64,000 nucleotides of DNA from assembly GCA_036630325.1 (NCBI GenBank), contig CP142729.1:248001-312000 (forward strand), given 5' to 3'. Below, piece by piece: positions 11,352-22,422 of the stretch. Source of the DNA: Vairimorpha necatrix (taxonomy: Eukaryota). The notes below the pieces were generated by a model. The model was not told the origin of the DNA. It saw only the letters and a list, made by a program, of their open reading frames with translations, and searched no databases. The translations under genes and the position numbers were made by a program. Positions within the stretch are counted from its first letter, which is position 1. Every line of letters begins with the position of its first letter.

Positions 11352-13655
11352 TTATTTAGATATTTCGTTGTTTTCTAGTGCTTTCACTAGGTTTTCATGT
11401 ATCTCCATTCCAGTCCTATCATTGACCTCTGCCAATATTTCTTTTTCATTTAACTTTTCTTTGATTTTGAATAAAATATTTTTACTTAATTCGATATCAC
11501 TCTCACCATTTTTTATAAACTTTTTAAACAAGGCCATCAATGTTTGAGTAAAATATTTTTTCCTGCTATGTATGACATTTTGTTCTAGATTTTTTGATAT
11601 GTCTTCGTAAAATTTATTTTTTAATTCGGTTTTGCACTCATTTATAAAAATTTCGTCGATATATTTTGGTAGATTTTTTATATTTTTAGTTAGATTCTCA
11701 TACTGTATACATCTATCAATCTCTTCATTTCCATTTTTTTTTAATTCTTCTTCAAATTTATTTCTTACGTCTTCGTCATATAAATTATCAACTTCATTAA
11801 TCAATGCTTCTTTTTTTAATTTAAACAACTTTGAACATAATTCTAATCTTATAATTTTTATAAATATGATTTTTATGTTATTCAAATCGGTAGTTATATT
11901 TTCTTCGTCAATAGGTCTTATAATATTTTTCAATTCATCATAGTATTTTGTTATTGCATTATTTAAATCTTCTTTCATATTTATCGATAATTTTTTACTA
12001 ATTAAATCGTTATTTTTTTCAACTTGATCTATATCGAATTTGAAAAAATTTATAATTTCATCTTTTTTTAATTCAAAACATAGCCGTCCCTGTTTAAAAA
12101 AACAGGTTTCATATCCTGTAACCAAAAAAGTAATTTTAATAATAAATTCGTCAACTTTTTTATGAAAATCTATAATATCTTGCATATGATATTTAATAGC
12201 TTCATGATATATTTTTGATAAATCTATAAATTCATTTTTTGAAGTTACCCCGGGGTCTTTTGTCCTTTTACAGTCTTTTTTTGAAGTAATTAACTGTCCA
12301 ATTTTTTTCAAAGTACCGAATATAGAATCATTGTCCATTTTATTTTCATTTAAATATTGTTCTGCTTCTAAGAATAAACATATTTTCATCAAAAAAGTAC
12401 TTGATAAAATTCTATGATTGGACAAACTTTTTAATATTGAATTTATAAGTTTTGCATGTTCGGTGATTTCAGAGTTGGATTGCATTATAATTTCATTTAA
12501 CTCATTTTCATCTATCAATTTCTCACTAAACACTAGGTGTGCGAACATAATATTTATAGCCGTGCCACAATTATTTAAAATTCTTTGCAAAAGAAATTCT
12601 ACTTTATTATCACTTTCAATTAATCTATAGAACATATCAACTCCGCTTATTAATTCATTATTATCATTTATTGAAAAAATCTTATCAAAAAGCATTTCAA
12701 ACTCAGTGAAGCATTTAGTAGTAATTCGTACATCGGATTTCAGGATATATCCCATGTTTCTTGAATAATAAGTATAACATATGCTATCCTGGATGAAATT
12801 TACATCGGACTTATTTATTCTAATTTTCAAACCACCATTATTTAATTCAATATCATCAATTCGTTCCCTCAGAAGAAATATAAATGAGGATGTACGAATC
12901 TTATCCATATAAGCGTATTTATAAATATGACGGAAAAGATTACTTATTTGTTTGTCTGTTTTATTTTTATGTGATGTTCTAAAATTAGCTGAGTTGAAAA
13001 TATTTTTAAGATTTAGTTCTCTGATATCTATTTCAAAAAAATAATATATATGTTCTAAATTAATAAAGAAACATATAAATACGTTGTTGTTTTTTTTTAT
13101 GAACATGGGAGCTGAGTCAAGAGTTTCCAAATCACCAAGTTTTTTAATAGAATGCTTTTTTATTTTTGAAAACATTATTGCGTAATGAATGCTTTCTTCA
13201 ACAATGTGATCATAGTGTATAGTATTTCGAATTGATGTTTGTGTTCTTGGCCCGTTAAGATTTTTTATTTGATTGATTATTAATTTATAAGTTGGATTAA
13301 TCTCATAATCCATTTTAGAATATAATAATATGATATAATCTGGCAAATAAGTATTACATTCATGTAGCATTTTTTCTTCAAATTCTTCGATGGCTAAAGT
13401 TACACTTTCCTTTTCTTCATTGATAGTTTTTTTAAAAATACATTCTGGTCCAAAACCTTCAAATTCTTTATTAAAATAAAATTCATTTTCAAAATAATCG
13501 AAACACAGGCGAATCCTCATGTATTGTTTCTCTGTGTCAATTACAAGATATTCCTTGTTCTCTATTTTTTTGAGAGTATTAATATATAGTTGATTGTATG
13601 TATTTTGAAATCCTTGTACAATTAAAAATGTGTAAAAAAATTTTATAGTTTCCAT
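11352..13655 (-). CDS. Lineage-specific 767-aa protein, probable signal peptide (family A)
   Basis: Long ORF with hydrophobic N-terminus and AACCCTT-ATG start context. Shares YYFF.I.I and KIC.F.E..Y motifs with 25820..27295 and the decayed copy at 16.4-18.6 kb. Confidence 0.8.
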   Translation of the reverse strand: METIKFFYTFLIVQGFQNTYNQLYINTLKKIENKEYLVIDTEKQYMRIRLCFDYFENEFYFNKEFEGFGPECIFKKTINEEKESVTLAIEEFEEKMLHECNTYLPDYIILLYSKMDYEINPTYKLIINQIKNLNGPRTQTSIRNTIHYDHIVEESIHYAIMFSKIKKHSIKKLGDLETLDSAPMFIKKNNNVFICFFINLEHIYYFFEIDIRELNLKNIFNSANFRTSHKNKTDKQISNLFRHIYKYAYMDKIRTSSFIFLLRERIDDIELNNGGLKIRINKSDVNFIQDSICYTYYSRNMGYILKSDVRITTKCFTEFEMLFDKIFSINDNNELISGVDMFYRLIESDNKVEFLLQRILNNCGTAINIMFAHLVFSEKLIDENELNEIIMQSNSEITEHAKLINSILKSLSNHRILSSTFLMKICLFLEAEQYLNENKMDNDSIFGTLKKIGQLITSKKDCKRTKDPGVTSKNEFIDLSKIYHEAIKYHMQDIIDFHKKVDEFIIKITFLVTGYETCFFKQGRLCFELKKDEIINFFKFDIDQVEKNNDLISKKLSINMKEDLNNAITKYYDELKNIIRPIDEENITTDLNNIKIIFIKIIRLELCSKLFKLKKEALINEVDNLYDEDVRNKFEEELKKNGNEEIDRCIQYENLTKNIKNLPKYIDEIFINECKTELKNKFYEDISKNLEQNVIHSRKKYFTQTLMALFKKFIKNGESDIELSKNILFKIKEKLNEKEILAEVNDRTGMEIHENLVKALENNEISK

Positions 13656-15156
13656 AAGGGTTAACTTTTTTCAATTATATATTAAAATATTAGGAGTTAT
13701 GTTTATTGATAAGATTAAAAATTCTAAAATAAACACCTGTCAACCCTGTCATGTTTTCTGTTTTTTAGATGTCAATAAAATCGTTAAAAACTTCAAACTT
13801 CATCACAAAAAATATGTATATTTACAAGTATAATATTCGATATCTGCATGTTGCCCCCAAAATTGTCTTATTCAAGAAGTGATGACGACAATTAATTAAA
13901 TACTACATTTGTTAATCGATAAGTCACCAAAAAATATGCAACATAAAATACCAGGAATTTGGTTTTTTATATTTATTAATTTAAATTTTTACAAATAATG
14001 ATTTAAAAAAAATATGTAAAATTATTTTATATATTTTTTTTTATAGAAATTAATTAGTAAAAATTAATATTTGGACTAAATTGTATTTTCTTCCCTTCTT
14101 AATTTTATGTTTAAATTTTTGATAATAAGCCAAAATATAATTTCCTAAACTACACATTTCAATAATTTAAATAAGAAAAAAGGTAGAATTATTAAATAGT
14201 TCATAAATAGAAGCAAGTATTTGTTGATAAGTTATTATAATTGGATCTTTGGTGTTTCCTCGACTAATGAATTTCTGTTAAGAATAACATACCATAATTT
14301 TATGTAAGTATTTAAACGTAGTGCAAGTATATTAAAAGTAATTGTCGATGGAGCAATATTATGATAAAATACTAATTGAAAAAAAATTATAAACATTTGT
14401 ATATGTTTTCTTTCATATTAAGCAAGGCGAATTATAAGTATTTTTGTGGTAAGAATATATAACCACTTCCTTTAAAAACTGTAAATTTTGTATTTTTGTC
14501 CAAAAAACGGAATTGAGAAAAGACAAGCAAAAAAAGGCAAAATACTATTCTTTTCAATATTTTAAATAATAACGAAATAATTTTTGTGTACAAAAATATT
14601 TTTTTACTATCTATTAGGGTTAAAACATATATCGATAAATATTTAGTTTTAATTAATATGGAATTTTAGATTTACATAAAAAAGTTTAGAAAGTAAAATC
14701 CGTTGTAAATGTTAAGATCAAATTATAATTATTTTTGTTGAAAAGAGTAAATGAGTCTGAACGAAATTGCATATTTATTTAAAAACTTTATCTTTTATAT
14801 TGTGTTTGAAACAATGGTTTGTGATAACCATGTTGGATTGGTCAAACTTGTGTTAAAACAGTTTGGTATATGATTACAACCAATGATTGGTAACTAGAGT
14901 TACAACAATTTTTTAACATTTTTTGGTTTAAGAGTAGGATTTTGATAAATCATTAACTAAAATACAAAAGCATTATAAATAGGCTACAAAATTAAATGAA
15001 ACAAATTTATGCAATCGCCGTAAACGATAATTGTGAATTGTTTTAACTAGATTGTTGTATGCGAATTTCATTTTTTTGTTGATTTCTAATATTTTTTTTT
15101 AATCGTGAATTTTGTCATCCTTTTTTGCACATTTTAACACCTTAAATTTGGTACAT

Positions 15157-15600
15157 GGCCGTTTGGAACCCGCGACGAAAATTTCAAAAAAAAAGAAAAA
15201 TTAAAAAATTAAGGAAAAAAGACTTAACGATTTATTTTAAATAATAAAAGAAGATGATTTATTCGTTGATTTGGGGGGATTTGGAAAGCCCAGAGGAACT
15301 GTAAAAGGTACTCATAGTGTTCATCCTGGTTAATTCCATGTATTTATCGAATATTTCTTTAGAAATGAGCCAAAACTAACCAAATTATTTGGTATCGTGT
15401 CTCAGAATCGCTAGGTTTGAAGGCATTGATGGAGTGATTCGCAGTTCTATGCTCCATCCCTATGCTTGTCTAATGTGGCCTCGTATGCTACCTATTGATT
15501 AGAGATCATAATAAAAATGGGCTATACTTTCTCTTGTATTACCTCAAGGAAATAGCAGTATTTCTATTAGTTATAAAAACGAGCAAGGCGCACGCCGATT
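15157..15600 (-). mobile_element. Merlin / IS1595(ISXO2)-like DDE transposase remnant
   Basis: Minus-strand fragments EVIQEKV*PIFIMISNQ*VAY and GMEHRTANHSIN match the IS1595/Merlin pattern (I...V.PGS.I.SD.W.AY ... H.TVNHS). Boundaries uncertain. Confidence 0.55.
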
Positions 15601-16434
15601 CAGCATCAAATGTTTCAAAATAAACTTTCTTTGTTTATCCATGTATAAATTCATTTCATCACTAAAAAGCTCATCTGCCTTAACAAACATTGTTTTTGCT
15701 AATTTGGCCATTTTTTGAAAAGGTCTTTTAAAATTTCGAAGCGAAATCCAAACGGTCATGTACCATATTTTTTATCTAAAAAAAACTAATACACCCAAGG
15801 AAAGATCGTAAATTAATCCATACCTTGTTTTTTAAAAAACAGTTTTTCAAGTCCTGTTTTTTTAGTCGACATTAAATATAGTAACTATTTATACACATAC
15901 ACAGTATAGTTGCAATATATATAATTTAATACGACGAAAATAATTGTATATTTACTTACGAACCTTAGTACTAGAAATTATATGCAAATAAAAAACGTTA
16001 TTGGGTTAAGAGTTTTTTATTTCATAACAACAAATCTTTATAAGATCGCAGTAATAAAGATTGAGATATTCAATTATATAAATTATCTATTATTTGAATG
16101 TCTATAGGCAGTCCTGAATATTTATTTTAAACTTGTAAATATATGTTTTGTACATAGTATTTGGTATTATATTTGGTAAAGTTAAAAGTTTTTTTTTAAT
16201 CAAAGTGCTTTTTTATGTTTACATACAGATATTTTTATACATTGTGGCTCGAATAATTTGCAATTGAAGCTCAGAGTTTCATGCACTAAGCTTATAAATA
16301 GCTCAAACAGATGCTAAATTTATTTTTTAAAATTCACAAACATATGTAGTATATTTTATTGTGCAACGTATTTATTATCACGGGCCAATATCCGCGTAGA
16401 TAATCCATAAACTTACCGAAAAGCTATTAATATT

Positions 16435-18600
16435 TTAACGATTGAAGTTTATTTCAGAATTTGAAATTCTTTTCATGTTATATTGACATTCGAGTATTTT
16501 TATCATCTTATAGAACATTTTTTCCCCAGATGTACCATTTAGAAATTCAAGTATATCATTTTCATTCATCACGGAATTTATTGCTTTGAAATTTTTTTCG
16601 CACATTATTTTGTCATTTAAATCAATATTGAAATTACTTTTGAATAATTTTACTAAAGCATCTTGTAAATAGTTTTCTCTATACTTTATTATATTTTTAT
16701 TTATTAAAATACTTATCAGAAGACTCAAAAGCTTTATTTCTTCGTTTTTTAGTTCAATTATTAAATTTGTATTTACAACAGTGATTATATTAATTAATTC
16801 ATTCTATCAAGTCATATTTAAATATTTTAATAATTTCTCTTTTTCCTTCTTTTCTTAATTCATCTTCGAAATTTTTTCTTACTTCATTTTCATAAAGGTT
16901 TAGAATTTTTCTATATAAAACTTTATGTTTAAATATATTAAAGAGATCATTCAGTTTTGATTTAAATGTACTGCGTAAAATAATCTTAACTTCATTTTTA
17001 AAATGTGTTATATCTTTTTCAGTTATTTTTTTACCATTTAACATATTTTGATTTTTTTTTAATTTGAGTTTTATATATTTAATTGCTCTTTTTGTGAGAT
17101 ATTCTCTAGTATTAATAGATAACTTTCTTTTTGTAATATAATTATTCATGTATATTTCATTTTCATTGAATCCTAATGTATCTAAATTTTTTTTTTATTA
17201 GTGCAAATATTGCATGCTCAATTTCACATTTACTGTTTTCTAAGCCTGTAAACAATGATGTTAGCTTTTAAATGCATTTCCAAAGTTTATTCTTAGTCTT
17301 TTTAATATCCCTAAAATGGCAATTTACTGCTTTTTTGTATTTTTCTATTAAATCAATGTTTTCGTTTTTATAATCTAGGATTTGAAGTCTAATACAGTTA
17401 TTACTACATTTTATAAGATTCCCGATTTTTTTAAAGGTACCAAATATAGATTTACTACTAAAATTATATTCATTTATATATTTTTAAGCTCCTAAGAATA
17501 CGCAAATTTTCATAGTAAATCTGCTTGATAACCTCCTGGAGTTCGATAAATTGTTTATTAATAAATTAATGAGCTTTTTCTTATTAGGTCCTACATTTCC
17601 TATAATTTTGGTTCATTCGTTTTCTTTTATCGATTCTTCATATTGTAAAAGATGTGCAAATATTAAATTGATGCCTGTTTTGGGTTTATTTAAAATGTAT
17701 TCTACTTTTTTATCACTTTTAATAATCTTACTAACATTTCAACGCCCCCGAGACACCCAATATTTTGCTTCATTGTATAAAATTTTTTAAAATTTTCTTG
17801 GAATTCAACCAAGCATTCTTTTTTAATAATTTTATTCTTATTAAAGAATTATTTCTCTTTTTTTATAAAATAGTTATATTTGACTGACTTTTGGGTAAAT
17901 AGTCTTGTTTCATTTTCTAACTTGATATAAAAATCTGCTTCTAATTTGATTTGATTAAATGTACAAACATTTAATAATATTTGGTAAAAAGATATAAAAC
18001 GGTCCAAAAGAACAAATTTATATAATTCGTGAAAAAGCAAACTTACATTATTATCGTTTTCATTACTATATGACATATTTATCTTAATTTAAGGATATAA
18101 GTTGCTCGAAATCTATATCTTTCACGTTTATTTTAAAAAAATAAAAAATTTCGTCAAAATTTATACAAAAATTTACATAACGTGCATAGTTTTTTTGCGT
18201 ACATGTATTGGTGGGATTGGAGTAACCAAATTTTCAATGCTATCGTATTTTTTTTTATTTAATTTTGTAAAATGGGTGCCCACAAAACATCTTTTTCAAT
18301 AATGTATTCATATATTATATCCTTGCGATCATTTTCTCCCTTACATTCTACATTAACCTTTTTTATATATTGATTATTTTTTTGTAAATAATTGTATGCT
18401 CAAAACATGATACATTATAAATTAAAACAATATTTCGGGCAAATCATTTTTGTATTCTTTATATAGTTTTTTCTCGAATTTTTTTACAGATTTTTTATTA
18501 CAGTCTACTAATATGCTTTTTACTGCATTTCCATTAGTAGAATTAGAATTATAGATTTTTATCATTAATTTCTAGTATCAGTCTAAAATATCTGTAATCA
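16435..18600 (-). pseudogene. Frameshifted paralogue of the 767-aa family-A gene
   Basis: Fragments ENEVRKNFEDELRKEGKREI (vs DEDVRNKFEEELKKNGNEEI) and RRLSSRFTMKICVFL..SIFGTFKKIG (vs RILSSTFLMKICLFL..SIFGTLKKIG). Many stops and frameshifts; 5' boundary approximate. Confidence 0.75.
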
Positions 18601-18615
18601 TAATTTATTATTTTA

Positions 18616-18653
18616 TGTTGGGTTTGGAACCCTTATGAATAAAGAGACTAACA
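18616..18653 (+). repeat. 5' LTR of element 1 (38 bp)
   Basis: TGTTGGGTTTGGAACCCTTATGAATAAAGAGACTAACA followed by TGG (PBS-like). Confidence 0.9.
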
Positions 18654-19552
18654 TGGCAAACACGAGAGTAAATGGGGTAACAAGTGAGACCGTGGTCAAG
18701 TGGCCAGAAATTTGTAAAAAGGGGCGAAAAGAATAGGAGCAATGACGAGAATTGAGGAAGTATCTTTAAAGCAAACATTGAGACATGCAAGTGTCGAACT
18801 GGAGGATCTGATCATAGAGGAAATTTTAGTAAATTTAAATAATTCGAGTGAAATAATTGAGGAAATGGGAAAGTTGGTTAAAAATGAAGAAGAAAGAATT
18901 GGAAGAGTTAGTCGAAGGTATTAAAGAAAACTTAAGAAATGAGATCAAAGGGGAGCTAGTAAGAAGAATAGCAATACCAGGAAAACATTATCAATGTAAA
19001 AGAAGAGAAGATACGTTTCGTATTTGGAAAAGTAGGACATATAGCTAGAAGCTGTATTAAATATATAGAAAAACATAAAGAAGAAGATGTGAATAGAAAT
19101 TTTAAGTTTTTTGGTATTTATTATAATAATAAGTCAAATAAGAAGAATTTTTTGAAGAAAAACGATTATAAATTAATATTACCATCCGTGGATGGAAGAG
19201 AAAATACAAGAAGAGGCTCGGACAGGAAATATATGAGTAGCAATTCTACTGATAATAGTAACAAGAAGTTTAATTATGGAAGCAAGACAAATAAGTTCGT
19301 GGTTGAGGAGTGAAAAAATTTTTGATTATAATATTAAAAGAGATAAAAAGGGCTTACAATTAGAGGAAGTTGTAGATCAGTTTGCAGTTGTATTAAAACC
19401 ATCATAATAGAAGATAACGTTTGGAACTATAGTAAAAAGTTTTATAAGGACACTTAAAGGTGCTAAGGTCGTGAGAAGAAGTCAAATAATTCCTCGGAGT
19501 GCAAAAAAAGAGATGAGGAGATACTTTCAGAAAAAATTATAGGCGTGATAAG

Positions 19553-19821
19553 TGTCATGTCCTCAAAACCATGACATCTGTGTTTTACTGTGTTAAAACT
19601 TTAATCAGTAAAACACTGCCCCGAACGAATAGTCTAAGGCGGTGATCTCTAACGATCGGACATGAAACGTTATGTTTCATAAATAAATATAAATAGTCCA
19701 AAAAGTTAGAAGACACCGAGCATGAAGAGTAACTTTAATAACAAATCAAATAAAAAGAAATATAATACAAATATTTTAGAAATGTATTTAAAAAACGGAG
19801 ATATTACTCCAGTTCATGTCA
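19553..19821 (+). repeat. 5' LTR of nested element (269 bp)
   Basis: Direct repeat of 22154..22422 with 2 mismatches seen. Confidence 0.95.
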
Positions 19822-21148
19822 TTTTGAATTCAAAGACATTAAATGAACAAAACAAAAAACGAAATAACGAAGATGACTATATACAAGTCAAAATCAAAGT
19901 TCCAGACTCGGACCTGGAATTTACGAAGAAATTAAAAATAATAAAAAACATCGAAGAATTCGATTTCATTCCTTGGTTTAAGGAATTTGAAGAAATAGCC
20001 ACACAGAACAAATGGAATGCTGAACAAGGCATCATGATACTACGAAATCTAATTACTGATCGACGCCTAGAAGCGGATATTTTCATTACAGATGCAGCAA
20101 CAACCAAAAGAAACTTAATTAAACATATTTTTGAGCAAGATGCTAAAGAAATGTTGCAAGAAGCCTTTAAGGTAAAACAAATAGATTTTCTTTTTATAGA
20201 AAACTATTATGAAAAGATTTACAACAAGATAAGTATCTATAGCGCTTATTACGAAATAAGCAAATCGGAATTTAACAGACATTTAAGCGAATGCTTTTAT
20301 CAAGGGTTAGGAAGAAACTCTACGTTTGAAATAATAAAACATAACTTAGGCGAGAACGTCTTAAATGCTTATAATCACCTAAAAAATATTGAGAAAATGA
20401 TTCGAAAGAAAGCAGAAACTAAGAAAATAAACAAGGTGTCTAATGACGAGCCAGTATATCAAGAAAGAGAAGGATCATACAGTAAAAAGTTTTCAAACAA
20501 GACGAATAACCCAAGATCTTCGTATATAAATAAATGGTGTTCTATACACAAAAACACTAGCCACGACACCAAAGACTGTTATTACAATAAAGACCGACAA
20601 AATGAAAATAAGAAGAAAGAAACAAGAGAAAATCTTAAGATAATCAAAGAACCAATAAAAGTAATAAATGGAATTGAATTAGAAGGTTCAATTGAAAAGA
20701 AAGAAACCAGATTTTTAATCGATACAGGTGCCACAAGAAATTTTATTAGTAATAAAAAGATCAAAGAATTGAAATTATCACCCATTGAAGATGTGGAAAT
20801 CCAAAAAAATTTGCCAATGAGCAAAAAGAAATAACTAACAAAACAGTACTTGTTAGAATAACATTAAAGAATCTAATGAAAGAAAAATACGTAAGATTTT
20901 ATATATTAAAAAACAACAGCGATGATGTAATATTAGGAAATGAATTCCTAGTCGCAAATGAAGTAGTAGTAAATTACAAAGAAGGAACAATTTATGTAGG
21001 AAGGGAGAGATTGAAATTTCTACATAACGACGAATGTTGCGAATTAGACGCAATGTTATTTGAGAAAAATAATGTAGCCCACCTTTTGTCAAGATGCTAT
21101 CGTATTAGTGAGACCGACCTGTTAGAACAGGAAATGAAAACAAGGTAG
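19722..21148 (+). pseudogene. Gag + aspartic protease of nested element (frameshift in A-run near 20805)
   Basis: WFKEFEEIATQNKWN (Gag), CSIHKNTSHDTKDC knuckle variant, FLIDTGATRNFIS protease active site, then DVILGNEFL in the next frame. Confidence 0.85.
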
Positions 21149-21225
21149 ATGAATGTGCATTAAAAACAGAAAATAAAAAGAACTTTAAAAAAGATGAAAA
21201 AGAAAGAATTTATATTGACAGAAAA

Positions 21226-22143
21226 ATGACTAAAGAATTTATTAAATTTGTCCACGAATTGTCGGGACATTGCGGGCAAGTAATCATGTATTTAAACTTA
21301 AAAAGATGGTACAACATCATAAACATTAGAACAGTGATCCGCAAGATATGCAATCAGTGTATCGTATGTAAAGAAAACAAGGATTTTAAACAACAGAATC
21401 TAGAAAGAAATAAAATAGATAGCAGTGCACCATTTGAAATAATAAGCACAGATATTTTTGGTCCTTTTCTCCTGGAGGAGTTTGAGGGCGACTCTCTAAA
21501 CCATAAGGGTTATATCTTGACCATAACCGATGTGTTTTCGAGATTCACGAGAATTTGGTTTGGTGAGAAGTTTAGGAGTGAGGAAGTTATTATGTGTTTA
21601 AACGAATGGAGTGATGATTTTGCGAAGCCTAAAGCGCTAATTTCGGACAATGGTCCGCAATATAAAAGTAAAAAAATGAAAGATTATACTAATAAAATAC
21701 AAATCGAACATCGGCTAATACCGATATATTACCCTCAAAGCAATGGAATTTCAGAACGTATAAATCAAACAATTGCAGAAGTGCTGAGAATGAATATAGG
21801 AAAGAATATAAAACACATTATTATGCAAATTGAACATCGGATAAATAATAATGTTAATACCACACTGGGAATTGCGCCTAGAGAAGCAATTTATAAGAAT
21901 AGTTTTTATGACATTGAGAAAAGGGTTAATGTGCCATTTTTGCGAAACATACCTGCAGTTGAAGTGAACTATAAGCGACGTATCGCAGTAAATGACATTG
22001 TATACTTAAAAAATTATAGCAATAATAAACTCGAGCGGAAATACTATGGGCCGTTTAAAGTTATGGAAATCGGTAAGAAAGGAAGTTGGGTTCGACTTAA
22101 AGACATGCCCAACTGGGTTCATATTAAACAGTTGAAGCTGTAG
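21226..22143 (+). CDS. Retroviral-type integrase of nested element
   Basis: HELSGH..CNQCIVC zinc motif, STDIFGP, ISDNGPQY, SNGISER, YGPF (GPY/F) motif. Confidence 0.9.
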   Translation: MTKEFIKFVHELSGHCGQVIMYLNLKRWYNIINIRTVIRKICNQCIVCKENKDFKQQNLERNKIDSSAPFEIISTDIFGPFLLEEFEGDSLNHKGYILTITDVFSRFTRIWFGEKFRSEEVIMCLNEWSDDFAKPKALISDNGPQYKSKKMKDYTNKIQIEHRLIPIYYPQSNGISERINQTIAEVLRMNIGKNIKHIIMQIEHRINNNVNTTLGIAPREAIYKNSFYDIEKRVNVPFLRNIPAVEVNYKRRIAVNDIVYLKNYSNNKLERKYYGPFKVMEIGKKGSWVRLKDMPNWVHIKQLKL

Positions 22144-22153
22144 GGGGGCAGAC

Positions 22154-22422
22154 TGTCATGTCCTCAAAACCATGACATCTGTGTTTTACTGTGTTAAAAC
22201 TTTAATCAGTAAAACACTGCCCCGAACGAATAGTCTAAGGCGGTGATCTCTAACGATCGGACATGAAACGTTATGTTTCATAAATAAATATAAATAGTCC
22301 AAAAAGTTAGAAGACACCGAGCATGAAGAGTAACTTTAATAACAAATCAAATAAAAAGAAATATAATACAAATATTTTAGAATTGTATTTAAAAAACGGA
22401 GATATTACTCCGGTTCATGTCA
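22154..22422 (+). repeat. 3' LTR of nested element (269 bp)
   Basis: Direct repeat of 19553..19821. Confidence 0.95.

Larger units (their letters stand above)
19553..22422 (+). mobile_element. Nested non-autonomous Ty3/Gypsy element (Gag-protease-integrase, RT/RNase H absent), 2870 bp
   Basis: 269-bp TG..CA LTRs, perfect 5-bp TSD ATAAG (19548..19552 / 22423..22427), PPT AGGGGGGCAGAC before the 3' LTR. Confidence 0.95.
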
